Assembly: GCA_965223905.1 (NCBI GenBank)
Contig: CBDCXV010000011.1
Span: 1,696,001 to 1,760,000, forward strand
Origin: Candidatus Latescibacterota bacterium
GTDB taxonomy: Bacteria; Latescibacterota; UBA2968; UBA8231
Direction of reading: 5' to 3'
DNA length: 64,000 nt
Under the pieces are notes generated by a model. It did no database searches. It was not told the origin of the DNA and was given only the letters and a program-made list of their open reading frames with translations. Position 1 is the first letter of the stretch; each line of letters opens with the position of its first letter. Below are positions 1 to 10,091 of the stretch, piece by piece. Both the position numbers and the translations under genes were made by a program.

Positions 1-1574
1 GGGGGCGGAATGGTAGCAGGTTGACTATTAACGAATGGGGGAGTGGGTTGAAGGCAGCAGCGAGGGCGCCGGCTGCTTAGACACGGCGGCGTCACAGGCC
101 ATCCTGAGATAGTCGAGGACGTTGCGCTGCTGCTGGCGCAGGGTATCGCGCACCGTGAGCAGGCGCTCTACGAAACGGCTGCCTTCGGCACTGTGGGTGC
201 CGAAGCTGGTGTGACGCCACAACACGCCATGGCGAAGGGCTCGTTCGGCGTCGTTGTTGGTCGGCTCGACGCCGGGCCGGCGTGCGAAGGTCCACAGGGC
301 CGGCCCGAGGTCGAGGAGATTGGCGCAGGTGGCCGCCGTCTTGGCGTCGGCGAACTGCTGCCCATAGCACAAATGAAACCGAAAGCGCAGACACAAATCG
401 TCGATATAGTCCTGGAAGCGGGCGCGGGACAGGGTACCGTCGCGGACTTGATGCCACCAGGTAAACAGCTGCTCGCTGCGGTCCAACAGGTGTTGACCGA
501 CGCGCTCGGCCTCTCCGCCCCGGGCCACGAACTCCTCGAAGGCGCGCCGCAGGTGAGCCCAGCAGACTTGCCGGCGTCGCAGCGGCAGATGCGCGTAGGC
601 CGAATAGCGATCGCAGCCGACCACCGCCCGGTTATCCGCACCCAGCATCTCATCGACCCCGTCGCGGTTACGTCTTTTGCGGATGGAGAACACGGTGACG
701 CCGTCCGTCACCGCGGTCCACAACCAGGCCTTGGCGCGGCGCTGGCGCCAGCCGGTCTCGTCGACGTTGACGATGCCCTGTCGGCGAACGAAGGCGCGCG
801 CCTCCTCGACCGCACCCGCCAGGGCCGTGGCCACTTCCTGTTCCAGCCGGCTGACGGTACCCAGCGACACCTCCAGGCCGAAGGCGTCGGACAACAGCGC
901 CCGGATGTTGCGCTTGCTCAGCCGGTAGGCCCCGGCCAACAGGCCGACCCAGGCTTGCACGCTGGGACCGAAGGTGTGCCGCGATACGCCCTCGGGCCAA
1001 CCGGCTTCGGTCAGGCGGTCGCAGTGACCGCAGCGCAGGGTGTGCAACTGATACTCGATGACCTCGGCCCGCACCGGCGGGATGACGACTGCCTGGTGAC
1101 GCTGCGGATGGGGATCGTCTCCCGTCAACAGGTGCCCGCATCCGTGGCACGTACTCGGCTTGACCGGGATCCGTTCGTCCACCTGCTCCACCGATACCCA
1201 CGAGCGGCCGTGTCCTTCGTGCCCGGGCTGTCCGCCCGGCGAGCGCCCCGAGGATCGGCGTCGGGAGGCGTCGGTGCGAGGCGAGGAGGAAGCGCCCGAT
1301 TCCGACGAGGCGGCCCGGGCACCGCGGCGGGCCAATTCCCGCTCCAGCTCGGCGATCCGCGCCGTCTGTTGTTCCACGATTTGCTCGAGCTGGACAATGC
1401 GCTGACGCAAGTCGCCTTCGGAAATCGCACTCTCAGGGGGTCTCTTCATGGGGTCGCCGTATCCAGGGAAATCTGCAACACACAACCGATTCCCGAAGAT
1501 ACCGACGAACCCCAAAACCCGCGTAGGTATTTCTTTATATGCTCAAACTACTGCAGGGGGGACTGAACGGTTAC
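1..1574 (-). mobile_element. IS66 family element, single-ORF ISBst12-like group; other end outside the window
   Basis: Contains an IS66 transposase. Terminal sequence ctgaacggttac at 1563-1574 reads GTAACCGTTCAG on the minus strand, a typical IS66 GTAA end. Host gene sequence resumes at 1575. Confidence 0.88.
28..1449 (-). CDS. IS66 family DDE transposase (TnpC-like)
   Basis: N-terminal coiled coil, GGQPGHEG, CxxC zinc finger, VDETGW, CDRYSAY, QVCWAHLRR, EPTNNDAERALR. ATG at 1449. Confidence 0.95.
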   Translation of the reverse strand: MKRPPESAISEGDLRQRIVQLEQIVEQQTARIAELERELARRGARAASSESGASSSPRTDASRRRSSGRSPGGQPGHEGHGRSWVSVEQVDERIPVKPSTCHGCGHLLTGDDPHPQRHQAVVIPPVRAEVIEYQLHTLRCGHCDRLTEAGWPEGVSRHTFGPSVQAWVGLLAGAYRLSKRNIRALLSDAFGLEVSLGTVSRLEQEVATALAGAVEEARAFVRRQGIVNVDETGWRQRRAKAWLWTAVTDGVTVFSIRKRRNRDGVDEMLGADNRAVVGCDRYSAYAHLPLRRRQVCWAHLRRAFEEFVARGGEAERVGQHLLDRSEQLFTWWHQVRDGTLSRARFQDYIDDLCLRFRFHLCYGQQFADAKTAATCANLLDLGPALWTFARRPGVEPTNNDAERALRHGVLWRHTSFGTHSAEGSRFVERLLTVRDTLRQQQRNVLDYLRMACDAAVSKQPAPSLLPSTHSPIR

Positions 1575-2378
1575 GATCTGACTGATGGCTCAATCGAGGA
1601 TTGGAATGAGGTGGGGCCGCCCACTTTGACGCTGCTGGATTTCTTTGTGTGGGAAAACCCAAATTTTTCCAACACATCACAGCGCAATCCCAGTGATCTG
1701 GATATCCAAATCTGGCTGGGTTGGATGAAGTCTCCCCCAAGGATCTACTTGGCCGCTATCCGAGCGGACAACAATTACGTGAACGAGTATCCGGATATTA
1801 TCGGGCAGATGTGGATCCATGACTCCATCACCCTGGGGATCGACGGCGATCACAGCGGCGGACAGCTGTTCTCTGGCGGAGGTGGGGGTACAGAGGAAGA
1901 TCTGTTGATTCACAACAAGCAGGCGCAACTTTACTTCGCCCTGCCCGAGGTGCCAGAGGGAAGCAATGTCCAGTTGCTTTTCTCGACGCAGTGGGAGGGG
2001 GTCATATGGCCAACAGAGGCGCCGTTCAGCGTTGGCGGCGGGGCAGTCGCAGGAGAGAATCCGTTCGTGTCGATAACCGAATTCTACGTGACGCCATTCG
2101 ATCTCTTCGTATATAGCAGCCCGGAGGAGAGCGTGGAATCGGAGTTGTACGCGGGAAAGACGATCGGTTTCAGACTCTATGTGGACGATATAGAGCCGAA
2201 ACCAGGCAGACACCAGGCGATATATGATCTACAATCCGATCCGTCCTCGGGGCCTTATATGGAGTTCAGCGACGGAATATTACTTGGGGCGGACGATCTG
2301 AGCGGGCCAGACGCACGTGACGGTTCTGTGGTGAGGGTCGACTCGTGGGCACGGATCAAGGCGTCGTTCTCGGAGTGA
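1575..2378 (+). pseudogene. 5'-truncated (IS66-interrupted) secreted CBM9/DOMON-like protein with SWARIK C-terminal motif
   Basis: From DLTDGSIEDW onward it is colinear with the intact paralog 3642-4571. The first 12 codons of ORF 1539-2378 are IS sequence and there is no signal peptide. Confidence 0.8.
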
Positions 2379-2556
2379 AGCCCAACGGGCGGCACATCTG
2401 CTTCCCAGGGTAACTCCTCTTTGTAATACAGCAAGGCCTTCGCATCACTCACCCTCCTTTTCCGCTCTCATTCATCGAGAGATTCGCCGCTCATCAATGA
2501 CCACGAGCCCCTTCCCGTCCGCGTGTCATTTGGTCGGGAGTCCGGGGAAGCGCCTC
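2376..2556 (+). repeat. Non-coding copy 1 of the duplicated 3' flank (copy 2 at 4569-4752)
   Basis: tgaagccc...ctgcttccc...aactcctct...ccttcgcatc.ctcaccctc...atcaatgaccacgagcccc occurs after both paralogous genes. Confidence 0.8.
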
Positions 2557-2639
2557 CCAAGCTCGGATTACGAGAGGAAAACGCGAGCCTATTATTAATT
2601 CTTGCCACACAGATCGAAATGTCTGATATAGGCAACTTG

Positions 2640-3610
2640 ATGCGAACTACCTCCGTCACGATAGTCGTCGTTCTATCAGTGATTCTGTGGTCGCGTCCCG
2701 TCGCAGGTCACACGCCCCTCGGATACAAGATCTACTACGTTCAGAAGGACGGCTCCAATCTGACGAGGGTGTCCGATGAGGCGATAGGCTCCGCGTTCAG
2801 TCCAGTGTGGTCTCCGGACGGGCGCAATATTCTCTATGGTGCATCCAACGGTCAACTCTATGTTGCGTCCATTCCCGGTTTGGTGTCTCGGAGGGTCAAG
2901 GTGCCTTTGGAAGTACAGATACGGGATCTTGCGTGGTCCCCAAAGGGTACGCACGTTGCATTTCGCGGCAGCCCGTTGCCGGTGCGGACACAAGGGACGC
3001 CGTTTGTGGCGACCTTTGTGACGACCTTTATCTCATGAAGTTCGAAGGCGCGGACGACGTGATGAATCTTACGGACACCCCTTCTGCCCGTGAAAGTACG
3101 CCTAGCTGGTCTCCCGACGGCGGTCGCATAGCATTCACAACCGTTGCAGCCGGGCCAGAGGGGAATATGGAGATCTACGTGATGGGCACTGACGGACTCA
3201 GCGCATACAATCTGACAAGCCATGACAGTCTTGACAAACGTCCTTCGTGGTCGCCTGACGGAACTCGAATCGCTTTCGAGAGCAGACGCTACGGTAATAG
3301 TGAGATATTCGTGGCCAATGTAAACGGCGGTGAGGTAGTGAATGTGAGCAATCACCCCGCTGAGGATCAGGATCCAGCGTGGTCGCCGGACGGGAAGGAG
3401 ATTGCGTTCGTATCGAATCGGGACGGGAATCGGGAGATCTACCGCATTGACCTGAACGGATCAAGGGTGATCAGAGTGACCTTCGACGAGGCCGATGACC
3501 TCGAACCAGGCTGGTCGCCCGATGGCGAGAGGATTTGTTTCACATCAAACCGCGGCGAAGCGGCGTTTGAGACCTTTACGCGGTGGATCAAGCGCACATG
3601 GGGCGACTGA
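2640..3610 (+). pseudogene. TolB-like/PD40 beta-propeller secreted protein, frameshifted
   Basis: Signal peptide at 2640. Repeated P-x-W-S-P-D-G motifs are split between two frames (shift near 2970-3000), and there is a second shift near 3560 where DLYAVD continues in another frame. Confidence 0.8.
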
Positions 3611-3641
3611 ACCCTGAGATATAAAGGTAGGAGGCGGTGAC

Positions 3642-4571
3642 ATGGGAGCACACTGGCTGCTCGCAGCAACAGCAGGGTTTTGTCTGGTTGGTATCAGCGT
3701 GGCGCTGGGACACACTGGCGACCGGGTGTATCCATTTTACGAAATCACCGAGGAGCTGCAGGAGACGATCGATCTGACTGACGGCTCAATCGAGGATTGG
3801 TTAGGGGTGGGGCCGCCCAGTCTGACGCTGCTGGATTTCTTTGTTGCAGATGATCCCAATTTCTCAAACACATCACAGCGCCATCCCGGCGATCTGGATA
3901 TCCAGATCTGGTTGGGCTGGATGAAGTCTCCCCCCAGGATCTACGTGGCCGCTGTCCGAGCCGACGACGCGTACGTAAACGAGTATCCGGATGCCTGGGA
4001 GCATATGGAGTTCTACGACTCGATCGCTCTGGGGATCGATGGCGACCACAGTGGTGGGGAGCTATACGGCACAGTGGGTTACGAATCAGAGGAGGGATTT
4101 TTGAGTCACAACAAGCAAGCGCAACTTTACCACGCCCTGCCGGAGGTGCCATACGGACGCAATGTCCAAATGATGTGGTCGTTTCTGTGGGAATGGGAGC
4201 GATGGCTGGAAGAGCCGCCGTTCAGCCTTGGCGGCGGGGCTGTCGCAGGAGAAAATCCGACCGTGTCGATAACCGAATTCTACGTGACGCCGTTTGATCT
4301 CTTCGTGTATAACAGCCCGGAGGAGAGCGTGAAATCGGAGTTGTACGCGGGCAAGACGATCGGCTTCAGATTCGTCGTGCACGATGTGGATTGGAAATCG
4401 CGCATGGTCTCGTATCAAGCGGTCTACGATCTGCAAGCCGAACTGGTAGGGACATTGTTTAATGATGGCATACTGCTTGGGGCGGACGATCTGAGCGGTC
4501 AAGACGCCGGTGACGGGTCTGTGGTGCAGGCGGATTCGTGGGCGCGGATCAAGGCGTCGTTGGCGGAGTGA
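3642..4571 (+). CDS. Secreted acidic CBM9/DOMON-like protein with C-terminal SVVQADSWARIKAS motif
   Basis: RBS aggagg, signal peptide, IDLTDGSIEDW, DSIALGIDGDHSGG, C-terminal tail motif. Confidence 0.8.
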   Translation: MGAHWLLAATAGFCLVGISVALGHTGDRVYPFYEITEELQETIDLTDGSIEDWLGVGPPSLTLLDFFVADDPNFSNTSQRHPGDLDIQIWLGWMKSPPRIYVAAVRADDAYVNEYPDAWEHMEFYDSIALGIDGDHSGGELYGTVGYESEEGFLSHNKQAQLYHALPEVPYGRNVQMMWSFLWEWERWLEEPPFSLGGGAVAGENPTVSITEFYVTPFDLFVYNSPEESVKSELYAGKTIGFRFVVHDVDWKSRMVSYQAVYDLQAELVGTLFNDGILLGADDLSGQDAGDGSVVQADSWARIKASLAE

Positions 4572-4752
4572 AGCCCGACAGGGGGCAAAGCTGCTTCCCG
4601 CGGAAACTCCTCTTCGTATTACGACAAGCCCTTCGCATCCCTCACCCTCTTTTCCACTCGCACTCATCGAAAAGTCCGCCGCTTATCAATGACCACGAGC
4701 CCCCCCCCCCCCACGCATCAATCTGCTCGGGGGTCCCGGAAAGCGCCCTTCC
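4569..4752 (+). repeat. Non-coding copy 2 of the duplicated 3' flank, containing a C13 tract
   Basis: Aligns by eye with 2376-2556. Poly-C at 4700-4712. Confidence 0.8.
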
Positions 4753-4769
4753 GGTATTCCAGACCTTTA

Positions 4770-5076
4770 CGCGGTGGATTCTCGCCGGTCAGCTGGTCGA
4801 TCTTGCGTGGAGCGCCTTCACCTCCATCTTATGGTCGGCCGCGCCCCGAGAGGTCTTGCGGGCGAAGACCTCGGGCGGGCTCTCCCTGGCCTGCTGTTTC
4901 CAACTAACGCAATCATGTTCGGATGGCGGTTTATGCTTGGCAGCGAGTTCGGCCTCCAAGGTGGCTTTGGCCTTGAATTGGGCTGAAAAGCTATGTCGTT
5001 TTTCCCATGTCTCCATTCCTTCCGTAGAGGGTTGGAGCCACCAAACGTACCTGTCCGAATTTCGGGGTCCACCTCT
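4770..5076 (-). mobile_element. IS3 family remnant (left end plus decayed orfA)
   Basis: Fragments KRHSFSAQFKAKATLEA, ELAAKH, HPNMI, WKQQA and KIDQLTGEN lie in shifting frames and resemble the IS3 OrfA HTH. IR-like AGAGGTGGACCCCGAAATTCGGACAG at 5076-5051. Confidence 0.7.
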
Positions 5077-5106
5077 TTCGAATATGTCTCTATCCGGAGT
5101 GGTTCG

Positions 5107-6798
5107 GTGACCGCTGCCCGCTTTTTGAGTTCCATCTCGCTTTTAGCCTACTTCCTACTGGGCTGCCACGCACAGGTGGACGAGCCCATCGACGCCCGGG
5201 TCCTCGCCAGAGTAGGGGAGAAGGAGTTTACCACTGAGAGCCTCGAGACTGCCCTTGATGTGCTCTACCGCCCCGGCGTCCCCCGTCCCGAAGGCGTGGA
5301 GCGCCGGGTCCTTCAACGCCTGATCGACACGGAGCTGCTGGTTATCGAGGCCAGATCCCGAGGTCTCCAACACGATTGGAAAGTGACGACAAGGGTAACT
5401 GATCGCGAGCGCCAACTGCTCGTAGAGGAGCTCTTCCGCCGGGGCATCCTGGAGGAATCGACCAAGGTGACCAGGGAAGAGGCCCTGTTTTTCTACGACA
5501 GGAATCATATCGGTGAACAGCGCCGCCTTCGACGCATCCTCGTGGGCGACCCCGATACCGCGAAGGAAGTCAAGAGACGCGTTGAGTCCGGCGAGGTATT
5601 CGCCGAACTCGCCCGGGAGCTGTCGGATGACGGGGAAACCGCACAAAAAGGGGGGGACATGGGCTGGATGAGCCGTCTGTCCTTCACGTCCCCCAAATTG
5701 GTTCGCGCGGTTTTCAAAGCCGGCGAGGGAGAGCTCATCGGACCCATCCCGGAAGGGAGAGGCGAGTTCACCTGGCTCATGGTTACCGACAGGCGCCACG
5801 TCCCCTTCGATTCCGTTGCCGTTCAGGTCGAGATGGTCGTGCGCGACCACAACCGGGCTGTCAAAACGGCCAGGTTTCTCGAGGATCTGGCCGATCGCGC
5901 GGGGGTGGAGGATCACGGCGAGGCGCTTCAGCAGCTCTTCGCCCGACTGACCGAATCCGGGGATGATAAGCCGAAGCTCCAAAAAAGCGAAAAGAGCAAA
6001 CTTCTGTTGAGCGCGGACGGGAAGAGCTGGACGGTCGGTCAGTTCATGTCGGCCATGCTCAGCGAGCCCAACCAGCAGGTCGAGATCAGGACGGTCGAGG
6101 ATCTGCGTTTTTACGCCCGCCGCCTGTTCGCTCACAAAAGCCTGCTGACAGAATGGGCGGATGAGCTTGGCTTGCGCGACACCGAGTACGTCGAAAAGGG
6201 GGTGGAGAAGACTCTGCGGGCTGCCCTCGTGGACCGCCTCCGGGAATTGGAGGTCGAGGAGAGGATCGACCCGTCCGAAAGCGAGATTCGACGGCATTTC
6301 GATGAACACCGAGACGACTACGTCATCGACGACCACGTCAGCATCCAGGAAGTGCTGGTGAAGACGCGGGGAGAAGCCGATTCCCTGCTGCGTCTGGTCG
6401 AAGATGGCGCGGATTTCGACGACATCGCCAGACGGAATTCCATACGCAGCCCAAAGGTTCGCAGGGCCGGTGGACGCGTTCGTCTGTTGAAGCGCCATAC
6501 CTACGAACGACTCGGCTACGAAGCCGCGGACGCCGAGGTGGGGGAGCTCGTCGGCCCGGTCAAGACGTACCGTGGATACTCCGTGTTCCGGGTCCTCGGG
6601 AAGACCCCGGGCTATCGACTTCCTTTCGAGAAGGGGAGGTTCCGCGCGGCCAGGCAGCTTCGCCACGAGCTCTCCACCAGGAAGTTTGAAAAGTTGCTGG
6701 GGCATCTGAACGAGAGGTACGACGATCGAGTCACCGTCTACGAGGACCACCTGCGGGCCTACGTTTCGCGGGGCGATGTGGCTGCGAAGGCCGGGTAG
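5107..6798 (+). CDS. Parvulin (PpiC-type) peptidyl-prolyl isomerase lipoprotein with two rotamase domains, SurA/PrsA-like
   Basis: Lipobox LLGC, SurA-N-like LQRLIDTELLVIEA, FAELARELSDD..AQKGGDMGW, GADFDDIARRNS, VGPVKTYRGYSVF. GTG start inferred. Confidence 0.85.
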   Translation: MTAARFLSSISLLAYFLLGCHAQVDEPIDARVLARVGEKEFTTESLETALDVLYRPGVPRPEGVERRVLQRLIDTELLVIEARSRGLQHDWKVTTRVTDRERQLLVEELFRRGILEESTKVTREEALFFYDRNHIGEQRRLRRILVGDPDTAKEVKRRVESGEVFAELARELSDDGETAQKGGDMGWMSRLSFTSPKLVRAVFKAGEGELIGPIPEGRGEFTWLMVTDRRHVPFDSVAVQVEMVVRDHNRAVKTARFLEDLADRAGVEDHGEALQQLFARLTESGDDKPKLQKSEKSKLLLSADGKSWTVGQFMSAMLSEPNQQVEIRTVEDLRFYARRLFAHKSLLTEWADELGLRDTEYVEKGVEKTLRAALVDRLRELEVEERIDPSESEIRRHFDEHRDDYVIDDHVSIQEVLVKTRGEADSLLRLVEDGADFDDIARRNSIRSPKVRRAGGRVRLLKRHTYERLGYEAADAEVGELVGPVKTYRGYSVFRVLGKTPGYRLPFEKGRFRAARQLRHELSTRKFEKLLGHLNERYDDRVTVYEDHLRAYVSRGDVAAKAG

Positions 6799-6817
6799 GA
6801 GGGCAAGGAGAAACTGC

Positions 6818-6845
6818 TTGACTTTGAAATTGCTCTAATTACCTT
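6818..6845 (+). promoter_or_regulatory. Putative sigma70 promoter of operon A
   Basis: TTGACT-N16-TACCTT in an AT-rich intergenic region. Confidence 0.4.
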
Positions 6846-6872
6846 TGGTATGAAGCTGCGATATAAAATTAG

Positions 6873-6904
6873 CGTTAAGTTGTTGTTTTTAATGCAACTA
6901 AGCG
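6873..6904. promoter_or_regulatory. IHF-like site / imperfect palindrome
   Basis: cgtTAAGTTGTTGTTTttaatgCAACTAAgcg matches YAANNNNTTGATW with one mismatch. Confidence 0.4.
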
Positions 6905-6972
6905 ATGAATCCTCATAACCGGTTGAACCTTTCACTCGATGTTGGACCTTTTCCTTAGATAAGGAGAGACTC

Positions 6973-7875
6973 ATGCGCGCGCTTTTCTCAGCTCTTGCAG
7001 CACTCCTGGTTGCGACGCTTGCCGTGGCCCAGGAACCGGCAGAGGTCCCGCTGTACTCTGCCATCGGGATTCCTCCAGGCGGCACTCCTACCATCGACGG
7101 CAACGCCGGTGATTGGGCCTGGGCTGACAGGACGGGCTTCGAAATCACCTCCGATGAGATGTTCGTCCTCAAGGGAGAAGCGACCGACGCGGACGACTTC
7201 TTCGCCCAGATCCTCTACGGCTGGGATCCCGCGACCAACAAACTGGCGGGCATATGCGAGGTCCACGATGATGTCGAAATCGTCGATTTCGGCTCGGATA
7301 TCTGCCCCTTCTTCGAGGATTCCTCCGGGTTGACCTTCGACCCGGACAACATGGGCAACGGCCCGCACGGCCAGGATGCGGAGGAGCTCGATCGCGTAAC
7401 CATCCAGGTCAGCTTCGGGAACCGCAAGGATCCGGCCTTCTTTCCGCTGATCACCAGCTTTCGCGGCGAATGCAGCGGGAACTGCCCCGACCACTGGTGG
7501 GCGTCCCAGGATTTCTTCCGCAGGGCCATCACTCGAATCGGTGAGGAGACCACCTACGAATGGGATGCCTCCCTGTTCGACCCCTGGCATGCCACCGATG
7601 GTCCGGACGCCAGCACGCCTTTTACTCTGACGGCCGGTTTCACCACCGGTTTGTCGCAGAGTATCTCCGACGCCGACCCCGGCATCAACCAGGGTGGCCA
7701 GGAAGGCGGAGTGGAAGGCGCGAACTACTGGCAGCTCGCGATGTCCACCGCGGAGAATTTCACCAATGACGGCGGCATCCCCGACCTCTTCCTGACTCCT
7801 GTTCCAGAGGGAGCCACCGCGGTCGAGGCCTCGTCCTGGGGCCAGATCAAGGCCCTGTCCGGGGAAGAGTTGTAA
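6973..7875 (+). CDS. Operon A leader: secreted acidic CBM9/DOMON-like protein with TAVEASSWGQIK tail
   Basis: RBS aaggag, signal peptide, PTIDGNAGDW, EVHDD, FEDSSGLTFDPD, C-terminal motif. Confidence 0.8.
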   Translation: MRALFSALAALLVATLAVAQEPAEVPLYSAIGIPPGGTPTIDGNAGDWAWADRTGFEITSDEMFVLKGEATDADDFFAQILYGWDPATNKLAGICEVHDDVEIVDFGSDICPFFEDSSGLTFDPDNMGNGPHGQDAEELDRVTIQVSFGNRKDPAFFPLITSFRGECSGNCPDHWWASQDFFRRAITRIGEETTYEWDASLFDPWHATDGPDASTPFTLTAGFTTGLSQSISDADPGINQGGQEGGVEGANYWQLAMSTAENFTNDGGIPDLFLTPVPEGATAVEASSWGQIKALSGEEL

Positions 7876-7964
7876 AGAAAGAAGGTTCGGTCGGTCTGCC
7901 GTCCTGATCTGACGTCAGTCATTACGACGCCTGTCGCCATCGGCGGCAGTTGCGCTTGATCCCG

Positions 7965-7997
7965 AAGGGGAGGGGAGCCATTCCCCTCCCCTTTTTC
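7965..7997 (+). terminator. Intrinsic terminator after the operon A leader gene
   Basis: aaggggagggga-gccat-tcccctcccctt followed by a T-rich tail. Confidence 0.85.
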
Positions 7998-8021
7998 TCT
8001 TGGTAGCTGCTTGGTGCAGAG

Positions 8022-10091
8022 ATGAACCGCCTCAGTCACCGCTGTCACATTGCGATGATCCCGTCGGCTTTGGTCTGCCTTCTTTTGTGGACCGCCCCTG
8101 CGGCGGCCGTCGACACCTTGCGCGTCGGCGTCGGCGGCGATGAGTGGGAAGATACCGGCAAGCTCGAGGGGGTCTCCACGGAGAACGGCGTCCTGCAATT
8201 GTCGCGAGTGGACCCTGCCAGGGATGCGCTGGCGGACCTCAGAAAGCGGGGTGGAGACATCTTCTCTCCACAGGATAAGCACGCCGGTCTCACAGGCCTG
8301 CTGGCCGATGATAGCCGCACAACCTTCTGGCAGCCCCCGCCGAGACGGACGGACTTTACCGGGTTCTCGCTGCGCATCGACCTGGGAGCGATTCTGCCGA
8401 TCGAGCGCATCCGCGTCTTCGGCCAGGAGGACAACTTCATCAGGGCGTGGGAACTGTTTCTCCACGACGGCGATCCAGAGCGGCTCCGCGACGACCTCCC
8501 GATAACCTTCGGGGATCCGGTGCTCTCGAAAACCGATCAGGATTCATCGGTCATCGATGTGACCTTCCCCCTGCAGTTCGTGAGGTTCATCAAGCTGGAA
8601 AACCGCGCCGAGAATATCTTCGCCGTCACCGAGATCGAAGTCTTCGGAGACGGCTTTGCGCCCACCGGTCAGTTCACCTCAGAGATCATCGATCTGAACG
8701 AACCGGCGAACTTCGGTGACCTGCTGGCGTCGGTGGTGCGGGATTCCCAGGCCGACGTCGTCCTGCAGACCCGCACCGGTTCGGTGCCCGATCCCCGCCT
8801 CTTCTACCGGAAGGTCGAGGATGTAGAGGCGGGGGGAATAACCGAGGAACCGATCGAACCGGTGGGGTACCCACAAGCCGCCCTGGAATTCGATGGACTC
8901 CACGCCAATGACCGGGGCGCACTCCAGGACAACCGGCGGGACTGGAGTCGTTGGACCGCCCCCTCCGGCGACCTGGTCGATGAATTCCGGGCTCCGGGCA
9001 ACAGGCAGTACGTTCAGTATCGGCTGCTGTTTACGTCGGGTCACGTTCGGCAGACAGCGCAGGTGGAGTCCTTCGGGATTGAATACTCCACTCCGTCGCT
9101 GGCCGGGGGAGGAGTGCTGGGAGAGATTGTCCCCGCCACCGTCGTTCTCGGGCAGGAGCACTCCTTCGACTACTACATCCGCTCGCAGTTCGCCATACCG
9201 ACGACCCTGCTCGAAGCCGAGGTCGGCACCCAAGGCGACGCGGCGAGGTTGCTGTGGAGGCGATTCTCCGGCAGGCGCTTCGACGGATATCGAGTCGAGA
9301 GGCGGGGTGCGGGTGACGAATTCGAGGCTATTTCGAGGCTCGAGGCGGTGAGCGATACATCCTTCGTCGACTCCGATCTGGAGACGGGGGTGTCGTACGA
9401 ATACCGGGTTCTGGTGGAACCGGCCGGCCGTCGCGGTCTGGACGCCGTGCGCATCCAGACCCCCTTCCCGGCATCCCTCGAATCCGTCGAGCTGAACGGA
9501 GAGACTCTGAGTGCAGATCGAATCGAGGAGATCGGACTCGACGATTCCACCAGCTTGACCCTGCAGCTTCTGGAAGACCGGATCGAGAACTCAGACCAGG
9601 TTTTGACAGTCCGCTTCCGCAGCCTCGTCACCATCTTCGGGACGTCATTCTCCGGCAGGGTCTTCGACCTGGCGGAGAGCGAACTGGGCCAGGACGTCAT
9701 CCCCGGCGACGTCACCGCGCTCTCCGAGGCCAACACACTTTCCATCCGCGGAAAGTTGGAGAAGACCTTGCTTCAGGATCTTCGGGTCGAGCCGGCCGTA
9801 TTTACCCCGAACGGAGATGGAATCAACGACGAGCTGGCAGTCACCTACGTCCTCATGAAAGCGTTGGACGCCGTACCCGTCGAATTGACTCTGTTCGATT
9901 TGAGCGGCCGGCGGGTACGCCGCTTGCGGGCAGGTCAGCGCCACGGGCCCGCGTCGACGGCGCTGAGTTCCTGGGACGGCCGCGATGACCGGCAGCGGCT
10001 CGTGCCTCCCGGACTCTACCTGCTGCAACTCTCGGTTGTGACGGATACGGTTTCGGAAAAACAGACGCAACTCGTGCACCTGGCCTATTGA
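8022..10091 (+). CDS. Secreted protein: discoidin-like domain, FN3-like insertion, C-terminal FlgD-Ig/CHU_C-like domain
   Basis: Signal peptide, IDLGAILPIERIR, FTSEIIDL, WSRW, FTPNGDGIND, WDGRDD..LVPPGLY. Confidence 0.85.
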   Translation: MNRLSHRCHIAMIPSALVCLLLWTAPAAAVDTLRVGVGGDEWEDTGKLEGVSTENGVLQLSRVDPARDALADLRKRGGDIFSPQDKHAGLTGLLADDSRTTFWQPPPRRTDFTGFSLRIDLGAILPIERIRVFGQEDNFIRAWELFLHDGDPERLRDDLPITFGDPVLSKTDQDSSVIDVTFPLQFVRFIKLENRAENIFAVTEIEVFGDGFAPTGQFTSEIIDLNEPANFGDLLASVVRDSQADVVLQTRTGSVPDPRLFYRKVEDVEAGGITEEPIEPVGYPQAALEFDGLHANDRGALQDNRRDWSRWTAPSGDLVDEFRAPGNRQYVQYRLLFTSGHVRQTAQVESFGIEYSTPSLAGGGVLGEIVPATVVLGQEHSFDYYIRSQFAIPTTLLEAEVGTQGDAARLLWRRFSGRRFDGYRVERRGAGDEFEAISRLEAVSDTSFVDSDLETGVSYEYRVLVEPAGRRGLDAVRIQTPFPASLESVELNGETLSADRIEEIGLDDSTSLTLQLLEDRIENSDQVLTVRFRSLVTIFGTSFSGRVFDLAESELGQDVIPGDVTALSEANTLSIRGKLEKTLLQDLRVEPAVFTPNGDGINDELAVTYVLMKALDAVPVELTLFDLSGRRVRRLRAGQRHGPASTALSSWDGRDDRQRLVPPGLYLLQLSVVTDTVSEKQTQLVHLAY

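Noticed and set aside
1575-4571. Paralog pair as a diversity-generating retroelement TR/VR
   Set aside because: Differences are not restricted to adenines and there is no reverse transcriptase in the window.
6846-6862. Sigma54 promoter tggtatgaagctgc
   Set aside because: GG-to-GC spacing is 9 nt instead of the required 10.
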